Positions 1-13,762 of a stretch of DNA of 64,000 nucleotides are shown here, one piece after another. The notes below the pieces were generated by a model. It was not told the origin of the DNA. It saw only the letters and a program-made list of their open reading frames with translations, and searched no databases. Position 1 is the stretch's first letter. Every line of letters begins with the position of its first letter. The stretch is taken from NCBI RefSeq assembly GCF_009914755.1, contig NC_060928.1. The stretch is one strand, 5' to 3'. The DNA is from the human T2T-CHM13v2.0 reference genome, Homo sapiens. The position numbers and the translations under genes are program-made.

Positions 1-185
1 ATGTATAAATATATATTTTATATATATACGTATATATACATATACGTATATATATACACATATATACATATAAATACATATATATAAATTTATATGTGTA
101 TATATACATATAAATACATATATAAAATGTATAAAAATATAAAATATAAAATAAATATTTAATTTTTAAATAAAAATATAAATAT
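1..185. repeat. (TA)n-rich / AT-rich simple repeat
   Basis: Degenerate TATATA/TACATA runs followed by TAAAA units. Confidence 0.9.
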
Positions 186-329
186 TCTCCACATGTACAG
201 GTGGATAAGTATTTCAATTTTTTGAAAGAGGAACAAAAAGTCTTGCTCTATTTCTAACTGAAATCTTTCTATGTGTCTCCGCACTGTATAAAATCTTGAA
301 AGTATAAATCAAATCATATAATCTATTTA

Positions 330-830
330 GAGTCTTCCAATGGTGCAACACATTTAGAATCAAATTCAAATTCTTTACCATAATACACAAAGTCCCACCA
401 AATCTGACCTCTAACCATCTCTCCAACTTCCTCTGGCCCCACCATCATCTAGGGGCCAGCCATACCACCTGTCTGTCAATCACAAGTTCTTCCTCACGTG
501 AAGCCCTTCACAGTGGCACCTCATCTACCTGGATTGCACTTCTCCCAGAACTGAATTTGACTGGAAACTTCTTGTCATACGAGTCTTTTCAAATAAGACT
601 GCATCAAGGAGACTTCTCTTGACCAACTGATCTAAAGAAGCCCCCTAACACTCTCAATTATATCACCCCATTATAATTCTCTTCATAACACTGACCACCA
701 TCTGATATTTTACCGTGTGTTTATTTATTGGTATTTCTTCATGCATCTTCTTCATCCCCCATCCTTCTCCCAGAACATAAACTCTGTGATTGCAGAGGCT
801 ATGTTATATCCTCAGGACCAAGAACTATCA
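330..830 (+). mobile_element. L2 LINE 3' fragment (old, degraded)
   Basis: L2-like phrases (AAATCAAATTC...CTTTACCAT, ACCTGGATTGCACTTCTCCCAG, AGAACATAAACTCTGTGA); boundaries approximate. Confidence 0.55.
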
Positions 831-1369
831 TGATCCTCTATAAAGGGTATATTTGTCTCTAGTGCAGCATAACAAATTACCATAATCTTAGTGGCTCCAA
901 ACAGCAACCATTTATTAGTCCTGGTCCTTTAGGTCAGAAGTCCATTCACAGCTTGGCTAGGGTCTATGATCTGATGAGAGCACTAAAGGCTGAAATCAAG
1001 GTGTTGACTAGGCTAAGTTCTTATCTGGCGGCTCTGGAAAAGAATCTGCTTCCAAGCTCATTCAGAGTATTAGCAAAATCCAGCTTCATTATACTATAAA
1101 ACTAAGATCTCCATTTCCTTACTGACTGCCAGCCAAGGGTTCCTAGAGGCCACCCACACTCCATATCATCTGGGCCCCTCCATCTTCAGGCTGGCAATTG
1201 TGTGGAAAAACCTTCTTATGCTTTCCAATCTGACTTCCTCTTCTATTAACAGCTGGAAAACTCTGTTTTCAAGGACTCTTATGACTCAACAGTGCCCACT
1301 TGGATAACTTCCCTATTTTAATGTCAATTGTGCCATATAAAAAAATCCAATCACAAGAGCAAAGTCCAC

Positions 1370-2161
1370 TGTATTAGTCAGGGTTCTCTAGAGGGACAGA
1401 ACTAATAGGATAGATGTATTTATTTTATTTTATTTTATTTTATTTTATTTTATTTTATTTTACTTTATTTTGAGATGGAGTCTCACTTCTTTGCCCAAGC
1501 TGAGTGTAATGGTGCGATCTTGGCTTACTGAAACCTCCGCCTCCCGGGTTCAAGCAATTCTCCTGCCCCAGCCTCCCAAGTAGCTAGGATTGCAGGCATG
1601 TGCCAGAATACAGAGCTAATTTTTGGATTTTTAGTAGAGACGGTGTTTCACCATGTTGGCCAGGCTGGTCTCGAACTCTTGACCTCAAGTGATCTGCCTG
1701 CCACGGTTTCCCAAAGTACTGGGATTACAGGCATGAGCCACCACACCTGATAGGATAGATGTATTTAAAAAGGAGAGTTTATTCAGGAGTATTAACTTAC
1801 ACAGTCACAAGGTCCCACAATAAGCCATCTTCAAGCTGAGGAGCAAAAAAGTCAGTCCGAGTCCCAAAGCTGAAGAACTTGGGACTCTGATGTTCGAGGG
1901 CAGGAAACATCCAGCACAGGAGAAAGAGGTAGGCAGGGAGGCTAAGCCAGTCTGGTCTCTCATGTTCTTCTGCTTGCTTTTATTCTGATCATACTGGCAG
2001 CTGATTAGATAGTGCCCACACAGATTGAGAGTGGGTCTGCCTTTCCCAGTCCACTGACTCAAATGTTAATCTCCTTGGGCAACACCCTCACAGACACACT
2101 CAGGATCAATACTTTGCATCCTTCAATCCAATCAAGTTGACACTCAGTATTAACCATTACA
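1370..2161. mobile_element. MLT2 (ERVL) solo LTR with a nested Alu
   Basis: Starts TGTATTAGTCAGGGTTCTCTAGAGGGACAGAACTAATAGG, ends CAGTATTAACCATTACA; flanked by GTCCAC/ATCCAC (TSD-like). Confidence 0.85.
1422..1749 (-). mobile_element. AluS element with (TTTTA)n tail
   Basis: Reverse-complement Alu body; 17-bp TSD ATAGGATAGATGTATTT at 1405-1421 and 1750-1766. Confidence 0.95.
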
Positions 2162-2253
2162 ATCCACCATATTCATTGTCCTGGGGATTATGAAAAATAT
2201 GTGCAACAGTAAGCAGGAAATCTTAGGGCTTGTTTTAGAATGGCCTTTATCTA

Positions 2254-2598
<345 letters not shown>

Positions 2599-2861
2599 TT
2601 ATAAACATTGGTGAATGAAAAAAGAATGAGTAACAAAGTAGTTGTCTAAAATCACACATAATCTCACAAATGTTGGCATTAAAGTAATTTAATTCATAAA
2701 GAAGTCCTGTGACATCATGAAAAGCTTAAAGTAGGTCTGATTTGCCATGGTTAAGAAGAAAGTCCACAGAAGCAAGAATAGTTGGGAGTGAGGGGGTAGC
2801 TCAGAAATATAAACCCTGTTAGCTAATGCAGGCGGTTTAAAATAACAACAACACAGACTAA

Positions 2862-3250
<389 letters not shown>

Positions 3251-3387
3251 GGATTTCTTCCTTCTTAAATGGGCAACCACTCCACAGGTGGTTGTGTGAT
3301 TTAAATTATTGGATGCATGTTCATTATCTACTACATTATCCAGAGCATCGTAACTACTTGAAAATTGTCATCCATCACTCCGCAAAA

Positions 3388-3937
3388 ATCAGTTATTTTG
3401 AATGACAATTCCCAGGTTTGCTTCACCCAGGCAGTCTTTCAGTGGATTTTTGCAGGGTAAGAGTGAAGAGGGTTGTGGTATATTCTAATGTCAGAAAATT
3501 AGTCAGAAATATATATTTCTGAATTGAAACTTATTAAATTAAATAATTCTTGGTGTATTACTTAAGAGCTATATTTCTTTCATTCTAAAAGAAAATAGCC
3601 TTATTGGGTTCCACAGAAAATATATATATTCTTAGAATTTGAATTGCCTGCTTTACTGACCATGAATATGGTGGATTCTGCTCTTGTGATTAGATTTTTT
3701 TATATGGCACAGTTGACCTTAAAATATGGAAATTATCCAAGTGGGTCCTGTTGAGTCACATGAGTCCTCTGAAAATAGAGTTTTCCAGCTGGTAATAGAA
3801 GAGAAATATATATTTCTGACTAATTTTCCAACATTGGAACATACCACCGACCCTTTTCACTCTTACCCCACAAAAATCCACTAAAAGACTTTGCCTGGAT
3901 GAAGCAAATCTGGGAATTGTCATTTGAAATAGCTGAT
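3388..3937. repeat. Local inverted duplication, arms 3388-3520 and 3802-3937, spacer made of copied segments
   Basis: Reverse complement of 3802-3937 aligns by eye with 3388-3520 at roughly 85-90% identity. Confidence 0.9.
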
Positions 3938-4095
3938 ATATATATTTTTTTAATATATATATAATATAGATGTAATAATTATATATTTATAATATATATA
4001 ATTAGTATCTATAATCATATAATATGTAATATATGATTATAGATATTAATTATATAATATATGGTCATATATATATATGTATATATATAATATCA
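3935..4095. repeat. (TA)n-rich low-complexity tract
   Basis: Degenerate TATA/TAATA runs. Confidence 0.85.
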
Positions 4096-4334
4096 ATATT
4101 CTTCTTGCAAATGACCTGGACAACTTTCTGAACCTCAATTTGTAGGAAGTTGCCATACTGAAGACTAACAAATTCAGTGTAGTCAGCTTTCCTTTCACTG
4201 CTGGAAAGAAATTCTTATTTATTTAGCTAAGTATCATGCAAAGAAATTGAAGATAGTTTAATGAACATATTTTATCAAAAATACCTATCTTTAAATACTG
4301 CAATCTCAGCACAGCAAAGAGCTCCTAACCAAAG

Positions 4335-4550
4335 AGGCAACAGTGCAGTGGAAGTAAATCCCAGCTCTGCCACTTAATAGCTCTTTGGCACTGGACAAGT
4401 TAACATAATTTCTCTGTGCTTCAATGTTCTCATCTGCAAAATGGAAACAGTAGTTAATCATATGGCTGATGTAAACACCAAATAATTCAGTATAAATAAA
4501 ATATTTAGAACATTGTCTGGCATAGAGTAAATGCCATAAATATTTACTGA
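4335..4550 (+). mobile_element. MIR SINE
   Basis: AAATCCCAGCTCTGCCACTTA...GGACAAGTTAACATAA...CTCATCTGCAAAATGG core. Confidence 0.75.
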
Positions 4551-4713
4551 CTAAAATTAGGACTTTAAGGAACATAGAACCTGGCTGAGGGAACAAGGTA
4601 CCTGCATCTCATGCTCATTCAGTGAACACTCCTAATTCGTAGATGGCACTATTTAAGTTGCTGTTTTCTCCACCACCACCACCACCCCATCTTTTTTTTT
4701 CAGATGAGCTGCT

Positions 4714-5175
4714 GTATCAATTCAGATTTTCTGAGAGGTAGGCACCAAAAAGGGATTAGATAAACAAGAGATTTGATGGGGAAAACACATATGAAAGATA
4801 AAGAAAAAGGGAGCAGGAGTGATGAGGAAGAGCTTTCAGATCATAACACAGATTGGATACTTATGCAAGGAGAGGGAGAAAGAAGGATTGGCCAGGAAAA
4901 GCTCAGACTACAGTGAAGTTCTAAGAAAATCTCAGCCAAACCAATAAGGAGTCAACAAGCAAACACAACACTGCCTGTTAGTGGAATCCCACATTGGGTA
5001 GAGAAGGAATGGACCCAGTGCCCCTGCCATACCCAGATGTTGGCTAGAAGAGTCTAGATGACGCACAGCATTGGCAGTTTCAAATGTGAAAGTCTAACAG
5101 CTGCCAACAGCTGTGCTTCCCACAAAAGGTCCTCTTAAAAGGGAATCTGAGTGGCACACTTCTATGGTTACTACA
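4714..5175. mobile_element. Old MLT1 (J/K-like) LTR
   Basis: TG...ACA ends and MaLR-like content (GGGAATCTGAGTGGCACACTTCTATGGTTACTACA). Confidence 0.5.
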
Positions 5176-6423
5176 GCCCCTGTGATTGCATTTATGCAGG
5201 TGAAATGCACACATAACATGATGTCCACTGACCTTTTTTGTTAGGCCATCATTTAAACACCATTTCTGGGAGGTGGGCACCTGGCAGGTATCACTGAACA
5301 CCCTAATGTCTTTGGGGTATCAGCCAGGAGGAAGCAGCTGAGGCTACTGATGTCTCTCTGATGGGATCTACCTATGGGGAAGACTGATGCATTACTGGTT
5401 AAATGTATCTATGGACTGATGACTTGAACATTTCCCAAGTTTGGCATTTGCTGATCATGGAGTCCAGTACTGAGCAGCCTTCTTTTACATGAAGGCCAAT
5501 ACAGGAATAATATGTATGGATACATACATGTACACATAGGGGTGTATGTGTGTGTGTATTACTTAGAGGCTATATTTCTTTCATTCAAAAAGAAAATAGA
5601 CTTATTGGGTTTCATAGGAAATATATACATCCTTGGAACTTAAATTGCCTGCTTTATTGAGTAGAAGAATGCCATTAAGAAAGTTGGCACTGCTTTTAAG
5701 CCACCAAAATGATTACATCTAGAATTATTTGAAAAACATCAAGAATAAGGCAACTTTCTAAGTTTCTCATCCTGAAATTAGATCACAGGCCACATTTCCA
5801 AGCTCAACAGCCCCAGCTGGCTCTCTGGCCTGTGTGTGGACCACATCTCCATAGTATACCTGGTGCTATGAGGAGACCAGGGGCACAGAACAAAAAGACT
5901 AAGTGCCACGGCTTGGGAGGACACTGCCTAGTGCACTAAGCTGACAAGGACAAAAGTGCTATAGAGGTGTGTGAAGGCACTAGGCAAATTCAGAGGAGTG
6001 AGCCTCAACTCATCGCTATGGGAAGAATAGTGAATAGCTGGGAACTCCAGGTAGGAAGCTGTGCCTTAACGGTGCTGCTGCACACACCTGACATCCAGCT
6101 TTTTCCTCATCCTATTCCACATCTTTGCTTCTAGTTTAACCTTGACTCTCCAAGCGCAGATGAGCTTAGTGTGACCCTTGCCACCCCAGTCCCTATCATT
6201 TATTTATTCACCAATTTCTTAATCAAGGACATATTGAATACAAAGTGCATTTAGACTACAGTTTGTACTGATCCAAGGTCCCATATACAATATATATCTA
6301 TATTGTTATATTAATTTGCAGTATTAACTCAAATCACTTAGGGAATAAATAAAATTCCAGCAGTTATAAATTAGCCAGTTTCTCATCTATATTTTGCACA
6401 GATGGCATGAAAATTTGAAGGAT

Positions 6424-6748
6424 TGTATTAGTCCATTTTCACACTGCTGATAAATACATACCCAAGACTGGGCAATTTGGGGGAGGCCTCACAATCATGG
6501 CAGAAGTTGAGGAGGACCACGTCACATCTTATATGGATGGCGGCAGGCAAAGAGAGAGCTTGTGCAGGGAGACTCCTGTTTTTAAAACCATCAGGTCTCA
6601 TGAGATCCATTCACTGTAATGAGAACAGCACGGGAAAGACCCGGCCCAATGACTCAATTATCTCCCACTGGGTCCCTCGCACAACATGTGGGAATTATGG
6701 AAGCTACTAGATGAGATTTGGGTGAGGACACAGAACCTAACTATATCA
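6424..6748 (-). mobile_element. THE1 (MaLR) solo LTR with small internal deletion
   Basis: TGTATTAGTCCATTTTCACACTGCTGATAAA...GAGATTTGGGTGAGGACACAG...CTATATCA; 5-bp TSD-like AGGAT/ACGAT. Confidence 0.88.
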
Positions 6749-6899
6749 ACGATTATGAGGTTTGCTGCCAGAATATCAGCACTTACTATGTGTGACCTGA
6801 ACAAATTTCTGAAACTCATTTTCCTTGCCATAATCTGGAAAATAGAGATAACAATACTTATCTTGCAAAGTACGCATTACATTTCATATGAAAAGAGCA

Positions 6900-8410
6900 A
6901 AGTACAGTGATTGGAATAACATAAAATGAAAGGTAGAAAATAAACTAAGATGTGTAAAAAGGAAATTTAGATTTTTGAAAATAATTTAGAAGTGGGACAA
7001 ATGCTCCTAAACAAGAAAAAAATCAGGAATCCTAAAGAAAAAGTATAATATATTTGGATACATAAAATAACCTCTATGTGATAAAATACAGCATAAACAA
7101 ACACAACTGGGCATATCATAGGCCAAGAAAATATAGTCGCCATGAATATAATGAAGATTAATAGCGATTTTTCAAAAGTTTCTGCAAATTAATAAGAAAA
7201 ATACAACCCCAGAGAAAAATGACGAAATATTATATATCAGCAATTCACAGAATTATAAATAGCCAATAAAGACCGGAAAACATTCTCAGCGTAGCTGCTT
7301 CTTAAGTAACACAAATTAAAACAAATAAGTGATTCCATTGTTTTTACTCACCATATGAACACAACAATGTAAATATTTATAACATCCCTTATAGGTAAAT
7401 ATATGGGCAAATGGATGCTTTCATATACTTTTTAAGAGAACATTAAGTCAAGGTGCCTGCTGGTGTAGTAAGCTTCACTATTATGATGCTTGGTTACAAA
7501 AAATGGGGGAAAGATAATTTGAACCAATTTAAGTTAAAAAGAAGAAAATTATTACTGTTTACTACTATCATCATAAAGAGATTGAGATATTTCCTGAATC
7601 TTAACATTGCTCATGTAGTTTGACTGCAGGAGCACGGAGAACCAGGCACTGAAATTCCATTTGGACTTATCTTGGGGGATAAGTCCATCATCTCTGGGTA
7701 TGGGCTTCATACTTCTCTCTCTTGGTGCCAACTAACTTTGTCCTTTTGGTGAAAAACAGCAACCAACAAATTCTGAGTTTTAAGTCCTTAATAGCTTCAA
7801 CCATCAGAAAATTATTGATTCAAGTCACGTTTCCCATGCCCAAAAATTCCAAGAAAGTCAGTCTCTGGCCCTGACTAGATCCAATGAACATTCCTGGACC
7901 AATAATTGATGACCTCAGAGATGAGGTTCTATGATTAGCCCAGCTTGATTCTGGAACCCCTCCTGACGCAATCGTTGCATCAGAAGATGAGTTCACATTA
8001 ACTTGGCTGCTCTCAGCAGAAGGATGAGGGAAGTCATAATTCCCAGAGGAAGGGACTGTTATTCCCAGAAGAAAAACATGCTAGCCAGATACAAAAGAGC
8101 TTAAAATATAAAGGCACTCAGTATCCTTTTTAATAAATTAGATAATTAAAAGATAAATTGGTATAATCAATTAATTGGAAGAGGAATTTAGCAATATCTA
8201 TCAAGACTTTATATAATCTTATGTCCACTAATTCCACTTTTGGTCCTGTATCATAAAACTAACATACATACACAAAAAGTATTAATTTATTAACTTGTTC
8301 ATCAAATATTTAGTGCATAGTGTGTGCTTACTATTCGAACAGCTGGAATAATAGTAATAAAAAAGATACAATTTTTCTATATTTACATTTGAGTGGAGAA
8401 CAGAAATTAC
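6900..8410 (+). mobile_element. Old L1M 3' fragments interrupted by a degraded LTR-like segment (~7460-8090)
   Basis: A-rich L1 ORF2-end/3'UTR phrases (GCAATTCACAGAA...AAATAGCCAATAAA, TTTAGCAATATCTATCAA, AATTCCACTTTT). Confidence 0.55.
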
Positions 8411-10662
8411 AAATAAGTGACTGGCACATAACAAACTTTTGTTACTAAGCATTCTGTCCAATTTCAATGTCTAGATGTCATAAACTTACAATATAAATGT
8501 ATCTTCTGTTTATGATCAGGAGTTTTCAATATTTCAAATCTCCATCTATGATATGTACACTGGCAATTGCAAATGGTGTCATGTTATGTCTAATTTTTAC
8601 AGAATTGTACACTTTACAAAAAGTTTTCAGTTTTCACATCTACTATCTCATTTCTCTCATGCATCAACACTCTAAATTAGATAAAGGCAGTATTTTTATT
8701 GGTTTATCATTGAATCACTTCTCCAGAGCCAAGCAAAATGCAAGGTAAGCACCAAATAAGAATTTGTTAAGGAATCAAAATTAAGAGGCATGGCTAAAAC
8801 ACAGAGGTGCTTAGGTAACATAGCAAGTTATATCTTTGCAGCTGCCATTCCTTCTAGGTTTAAGGACTTTGAAATTGGTTTGGTTTTTAAAAGAAATAAT
8901 TAAGTATTTTGTTCATGGTATATTCACAAAACAAGAATTGCTCTTGTAAAACTTGGAACAAATAGCAACTGGAATTCAACGTATGGAGCATAGAAAGAAG
9001 TTTTGGTAACACCCAGATTTGAGCCTCAGGAGAAATCTAAGACTCATGTTTTAATTTTAATCACATATGTGTGACCTGGACAAGTTATTCTGCCTCTACA
9101 AAATGAAGTGATTGTTTCAATTGAATAATTTCTTCTGGCTACAAAATGTGATGATATGTCTACTTTTTCAGCCATGCCTGTTCCATAACTGTGGACCTCA
9201 ATGGTTGTGTTTTAGTTGACTCTGAAGACGAGGAAATGCACTGTAAAACAAAGCCATTTCAGGCAGCTATGTGTGCAAATGAGTGTTTTAGGCTCCACAA
9301 ATGAGGTTGCAAACCTAATTATGACAAAGAACAAGCATTAGTTCTGTTACTTAGTTAAATGAGTCAACAGAAGAGAGTTTAAGCCCATTCTCTTTCTTAG
9401 AGAAGTCTCATCAAATGCCATGACTTTGCAGATACCTAGGTAAATGCATTGAATGGGAACTACTGAAAAAGAAAGTCTGCTCTTAGGCAATCACTTTGGG
9501 CTGAAAATCTAATGACAGAAGTAGTCCTTAGACAGGGTATAACATGATTAGTTATATCCTTCTCAACTACAAAGAATAACAAGCACACATAGTCCCTCAC
9601 CTAATTTTCATGGCAGGTTCCTGTGGTGGGATATAAATGGGTTTTGGAATGCCATGAACTCAGGTTGAAAATTCTAGCCTTTGCCCTGAATGACATTGGC
9701 TAAGCTATAAAACTCCCTTAATCTCAAATTTCTAATCTACAAAATTAGGATAATAATATTTACATTCTGAGATTTAAGTCACAAGTGTATTTAAGCACCT
9801 GGTTGAGTCCTGTGACACCAAATAGATGATGAATAAACATTGACATATCACAGTTTGTTTAACCATTCATCTATTAAAAGACATCTGGGTTGTTTCCAGT
9901 TCTGCCTATTATAAATAAAACTTCTTTGAATATTTTTGTACAAGTTTCTGTAAAAATAAGCTTTCATTTCCCTGAATAAATCCCTCAAAGTGGAATTGCT
10001 GAATGGTATGATAGCTGCATATTTAGTTTATAAAGAAATTGCCAACCTCTTTTCAAGAGTGACTGTGCCACTTTACATACCACCAGCAACACAAATGAGA
10101 TCCACTCTCTCCACATTCTCAACAGTATTTGGTATTGTCATAATTTTTATTTGTGCCATTCTGATAGGTATGTAGTGATAACTCATCATGGCTTTAATTT
10201 TTATTTTGCTATTTGCTAATCAGGTTGTTTGTTTTGAGAGTTCTTTATGTATTTCATATGCTACCCCTTTGTCAGGCAAGTGGTTTCCAAATATTGGGTC
10301 TCCAGCTTGTATCTTGTCTTCTCATTCCCTTAGCAGTGTCATTCTGAAGGCAAAAGTTTTTAATTTTGGTGAAGTCCAATTTATTCATTTTCTTCTTTTA
10401 TGAATCTTACTAATAATGTTATATCTAAGAACCCTTCACGCAAGACTAGGTCATAGAGCTTCTCTCCTATGTTCTCTTCTAAAAGATTACAGTTTTATGT
10501 TTTATGTTTAAATACATAATTCATTTTACATTTTTGTATAACATGTGAAGTTTAAGTTGAGGTTCATTTTTATTGCCTATAAATTACAATTGCTTTAGCA
10601 CCATTTGTTGAAAAAGCTATAATTCCTCCTATGAATTGCTTTTCCATCTTTGTCAAAAATTG

Positions 10663-11085
10663 CCGAGACCATACACTGGGGAAAGGACAATCTCTTCAGT
10701 AAATGGTGCTAGGGAAATTAAATACCCATATGCAGAAGAATGAAACTAGACCCCCATTTTGAACTAAATGTAAGACCCAATATAATAAAACTATTAAAAT
10801 AAAACAGGGAAATGCTTCAGAAAATTGGTCTGGGAAGATATTTTATGAATAAAACCTGAAAAGCACAGGCAACAAAAACAAAAATAGACAGATGGGATGA
10901 AATCAAACTAAAAACCTGCCCACCAAAGGAAATAATCAGCAGAGTGAAAAGACAATCTACAGAATGAGATAAAATATTTGCAAACTATTTATCCTACAAG
11001 GGATTAATATTCAGAATATACAAGGAACTCAAACATCTCAACTACAAAAAAAATTTAATTAAAAAATTTAAAAATAATAAAAATC
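10663..11085 (+). mobile_element. Short L1 ORF2 fragment inserted in opposite orientation inside the host L1
   Basis: GGGAAAGGACAATCTCTTCAGTAAATGGTGCT...ATATACAAGGAACTCAAAC, then an A-rich tail; host L1 resumes at AAAAATCATTTGGGC. Confidence 0.8.
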
Positions 11086-11848
11086 ATTTGGGCATATTTA
11101 TGTAGTCCCTTTGTTTTCATTCTCTATTCTGTCCTTTTGATTTATATGTCTATCCTTCTGCCAATAACATGCAGTCTTGGTTACTATAGCTACATAAGTC
11201 TTGAACTTGGGCAGAGTGACTCCTCACACTACATTCTTTTTCACAATTGTTTTAGCTGTTCTAGTTTCCTTGCCTTTCCATACTACTGTTAGAATAATCT
11301 TGTCTGCATGCATAAAAAATATAGCTGGAATTTTGATGAGAATCTTATTAAATCTGTTTATCAGTTTGGGGAGAATTGACATTTTTATTATGTTGAGTCT
11401 TCCAATCCATAAACATAGTACACCTCTTCATTTATTTAGAAATTCTTTGATTTCTTTCATCAGTATTTTGTAGTTTTCAGCTTGCAATTCCTGTACATAT
11501 TTTTTATATTTACACCTCAGTATTTAATTTTTGGAGGAATTGTAAATGGTATCATACTTTTAATTTTGATGTCTGTGTTTTCATTGCTGGCATATAGAAA
11601 TGCAATTAATTTTTGCATGTTTATCTGGTATCCGGTGATCTTTCTGAACTTATGAGTTCTGGGAGAGTTATTAAAATACATTCTTTCAGATTTTCTATGT
11701 AGACAACCATGTCTTCTACAAATAGTTAAAGTAGTATTTCTTCCTTTTTGATGTGTGTGTCTTTCTTTTCTTGCCTTAATTGCGACAACTAGAAAGAACT
11801 TCAGCATTACGTAGAATAAGAATTATGAAAGCTGACATCATGTCTTTT

Positions 11849-11948
11849 TCTCAATTTAAGGGGAAAGCATACAGTAATTCATCACTAAGTATAATGCTTC
11901 TCAATTTAAGGGGAAAGCATTCAGTAATTCATCACTAAGTATAATGCT
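11849..11948. repeat. 50-bp tandem duplication, 2 copies, 1 mismatch
   Basis: TCTCAATTTAAGGGGAAAGCAT(A/T)CAGTAATTCATCACTAAGTATAATGCT repeated head to tail. Confidence 0.95.
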
Positions 11949-12494
11949 AAGCTGTAGATATTTTATATTTTTTTACTCAAGCTGAGAAAGTTATCCTGTA
12001 TTTCTATTTTTTATGATAGCTTTATAATAAATACACGCTGAATTCTGTCAAATGTTTTTTGTTTTATTTTGTTTTCTTTGCATCAACTAACATGATTGTG
12101 TGTTTTTTTTCTTTCTTTCCTCTGGTAATATGGTGGGTTACACTGGCTGGTTCTTCAATATTGAACCAGACTTGCATCCTTGGAATAAATCTATTTTGGT
12201 CATGAAGTATAATTATTTTATTTTTATATATTATTGAATTATATTTGTTAGTTTTATAAAATATTTTTGTGTTTATATTCATGAGGGATATTTACCTATA
12301 GTTTTATTTATTCTGTACTTCTTTTGAGTTTTCATTTCAAAATACAATTAGCCTCGTAAGTTTAATTAGGAAGTAGTTCTAGTTTGTTTTCTAGAGAGAC
12401 TAGACTGCACTGAATTGGTATTAGTTCTTCTTCAAATATTTGGTAGAATTCTCCAGTAAAATAATCTGGGACTGGATACTTCTTTTTTGGGAAA

Positions 12495-12860
12495 TGTATT
12501 AGTCTATTCTCACACTGCTATAAAGAAGTACCTGAGACTGGTAATTCATGAAGAAAAGAGGTTTAATTGACTCACAATTCCATAGGCTGTACAGGACGCA
12601 TGGCTTGAAGACCTAAGGAAACTTACAAGTATGGTGGAAGGCAAGGGGAAGAAACACATCTTCACATGTAGGAGCAGGAGGAAGAGAGAGCGAGAGAAGG
12701 GGGAAGTGCTACACATTTTCAAACAACCATATCTCATGAGAACTCACTATCATGAGAACAGCAAGGGGGAAATCCTCCCCTCCCCATGATCTAATAGACT
12801 CCCACCCGGTTCCTCCCCCAACATCAGGGATTACAATTCAATGAGATTTGGGTGGGGATC
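12495..12860 (-). mobile_element. MST (MSTA-like MaLR) solo LTR inside L1
   Basis: TGTATTAGTCTATTCTCACACTGCTATAAAGAAGTACCTGAGACTGG...GAGGTTTAATTGACTCAC...ATGAGATTTGGGTGGGGA. Confidence 0.88.
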
Positions 12861-13639
12861 AAAGAGTTTTAAAGTTACAAATTCAATTTTTATGAGTTGT
12901 TGGGCTATAAAAATTATCTATTTCTTATTGAGTGTGTTGAGAGTTTGCTTTTTGAGGAATTGGTTCATTTTATTTGTTATCAAATGTTTGTATGTGGAGT
13001 TGTTCGAATATTCACTTATTATCTAATGTCTTCAGGGTTTGTGGTGATATCAGTTGTTTCATTTTTTTATATTGGTAAATCGCATCTTCTCTTTCTTTTC
13101 CTTGTCACTCTTGCTAGAAATTTGCAAGAACCAACTGTTTCTTTTTCTCTCTTTTTCTATTTTTAATTTTGTTAATTTCTACTCTTATCTTTATTATTTC
13201 CTTTCTTTTGCCTGCTTTATTTTATTTATTCTTCTTTTAGTTTCTTGAGGTGGAAGCTAAGACTATTAATTTGAAATGTGTCCTGCATTCCAATGTAAGC
13301 ATTTAGTGCTATAAATTTTTCTCTCAGTACTGCTTTAGCTGCATCCCACAAATTCTGACATGTATTATTTCCATTTTCATTCAGTTCAATGTATTTTTTT
13401 ATTTCCCTTGAGAGTTCTTCTTTGACTCAAAGGTTATTTAGAAGTAAATTGTCTAGTTTTTAAGTGATTGGAGGTTTTACTGTTATTTTTTAAAATAATT
13501 TCTAGTTTGATGTCACTATAGTCAGAGAACATGCTCTGGATGATTTTAATTGTTATAAGTTTGTTGTTGTTCTTTTTATGACTCAGAATATGATTTAACT
13601 TGGCATATGTTCCATAGGTGCTTGAAAAAAATTTGTATT

Positions 13640-13762
13640 CTGTTGTCGATTGAGTGTTCTGTAACTACTGATTATATCCTGTTGTCAATTGAGTGTTCTG
13701 TAACTACTGATTATATCCTGTTGTCGATTGAGTGTTCTGTAACTACTGATTACATCCTGTTG
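13640..13762. repeat. 39-bp minisatellite, ~3.1 copies
   Basis: CTGTTGTCGATTGAGTGTTCTGTAACTACTGATTATATC at 13640, 13679, 13718 with single substitutions. Confidence 0.95.

Noticed and set aside
13640-13762. 39-bp repeats as a CRISPR-like array
   Set aside because: Head-to-tail units without unique spacers, inside L1, in mammalian DNA.
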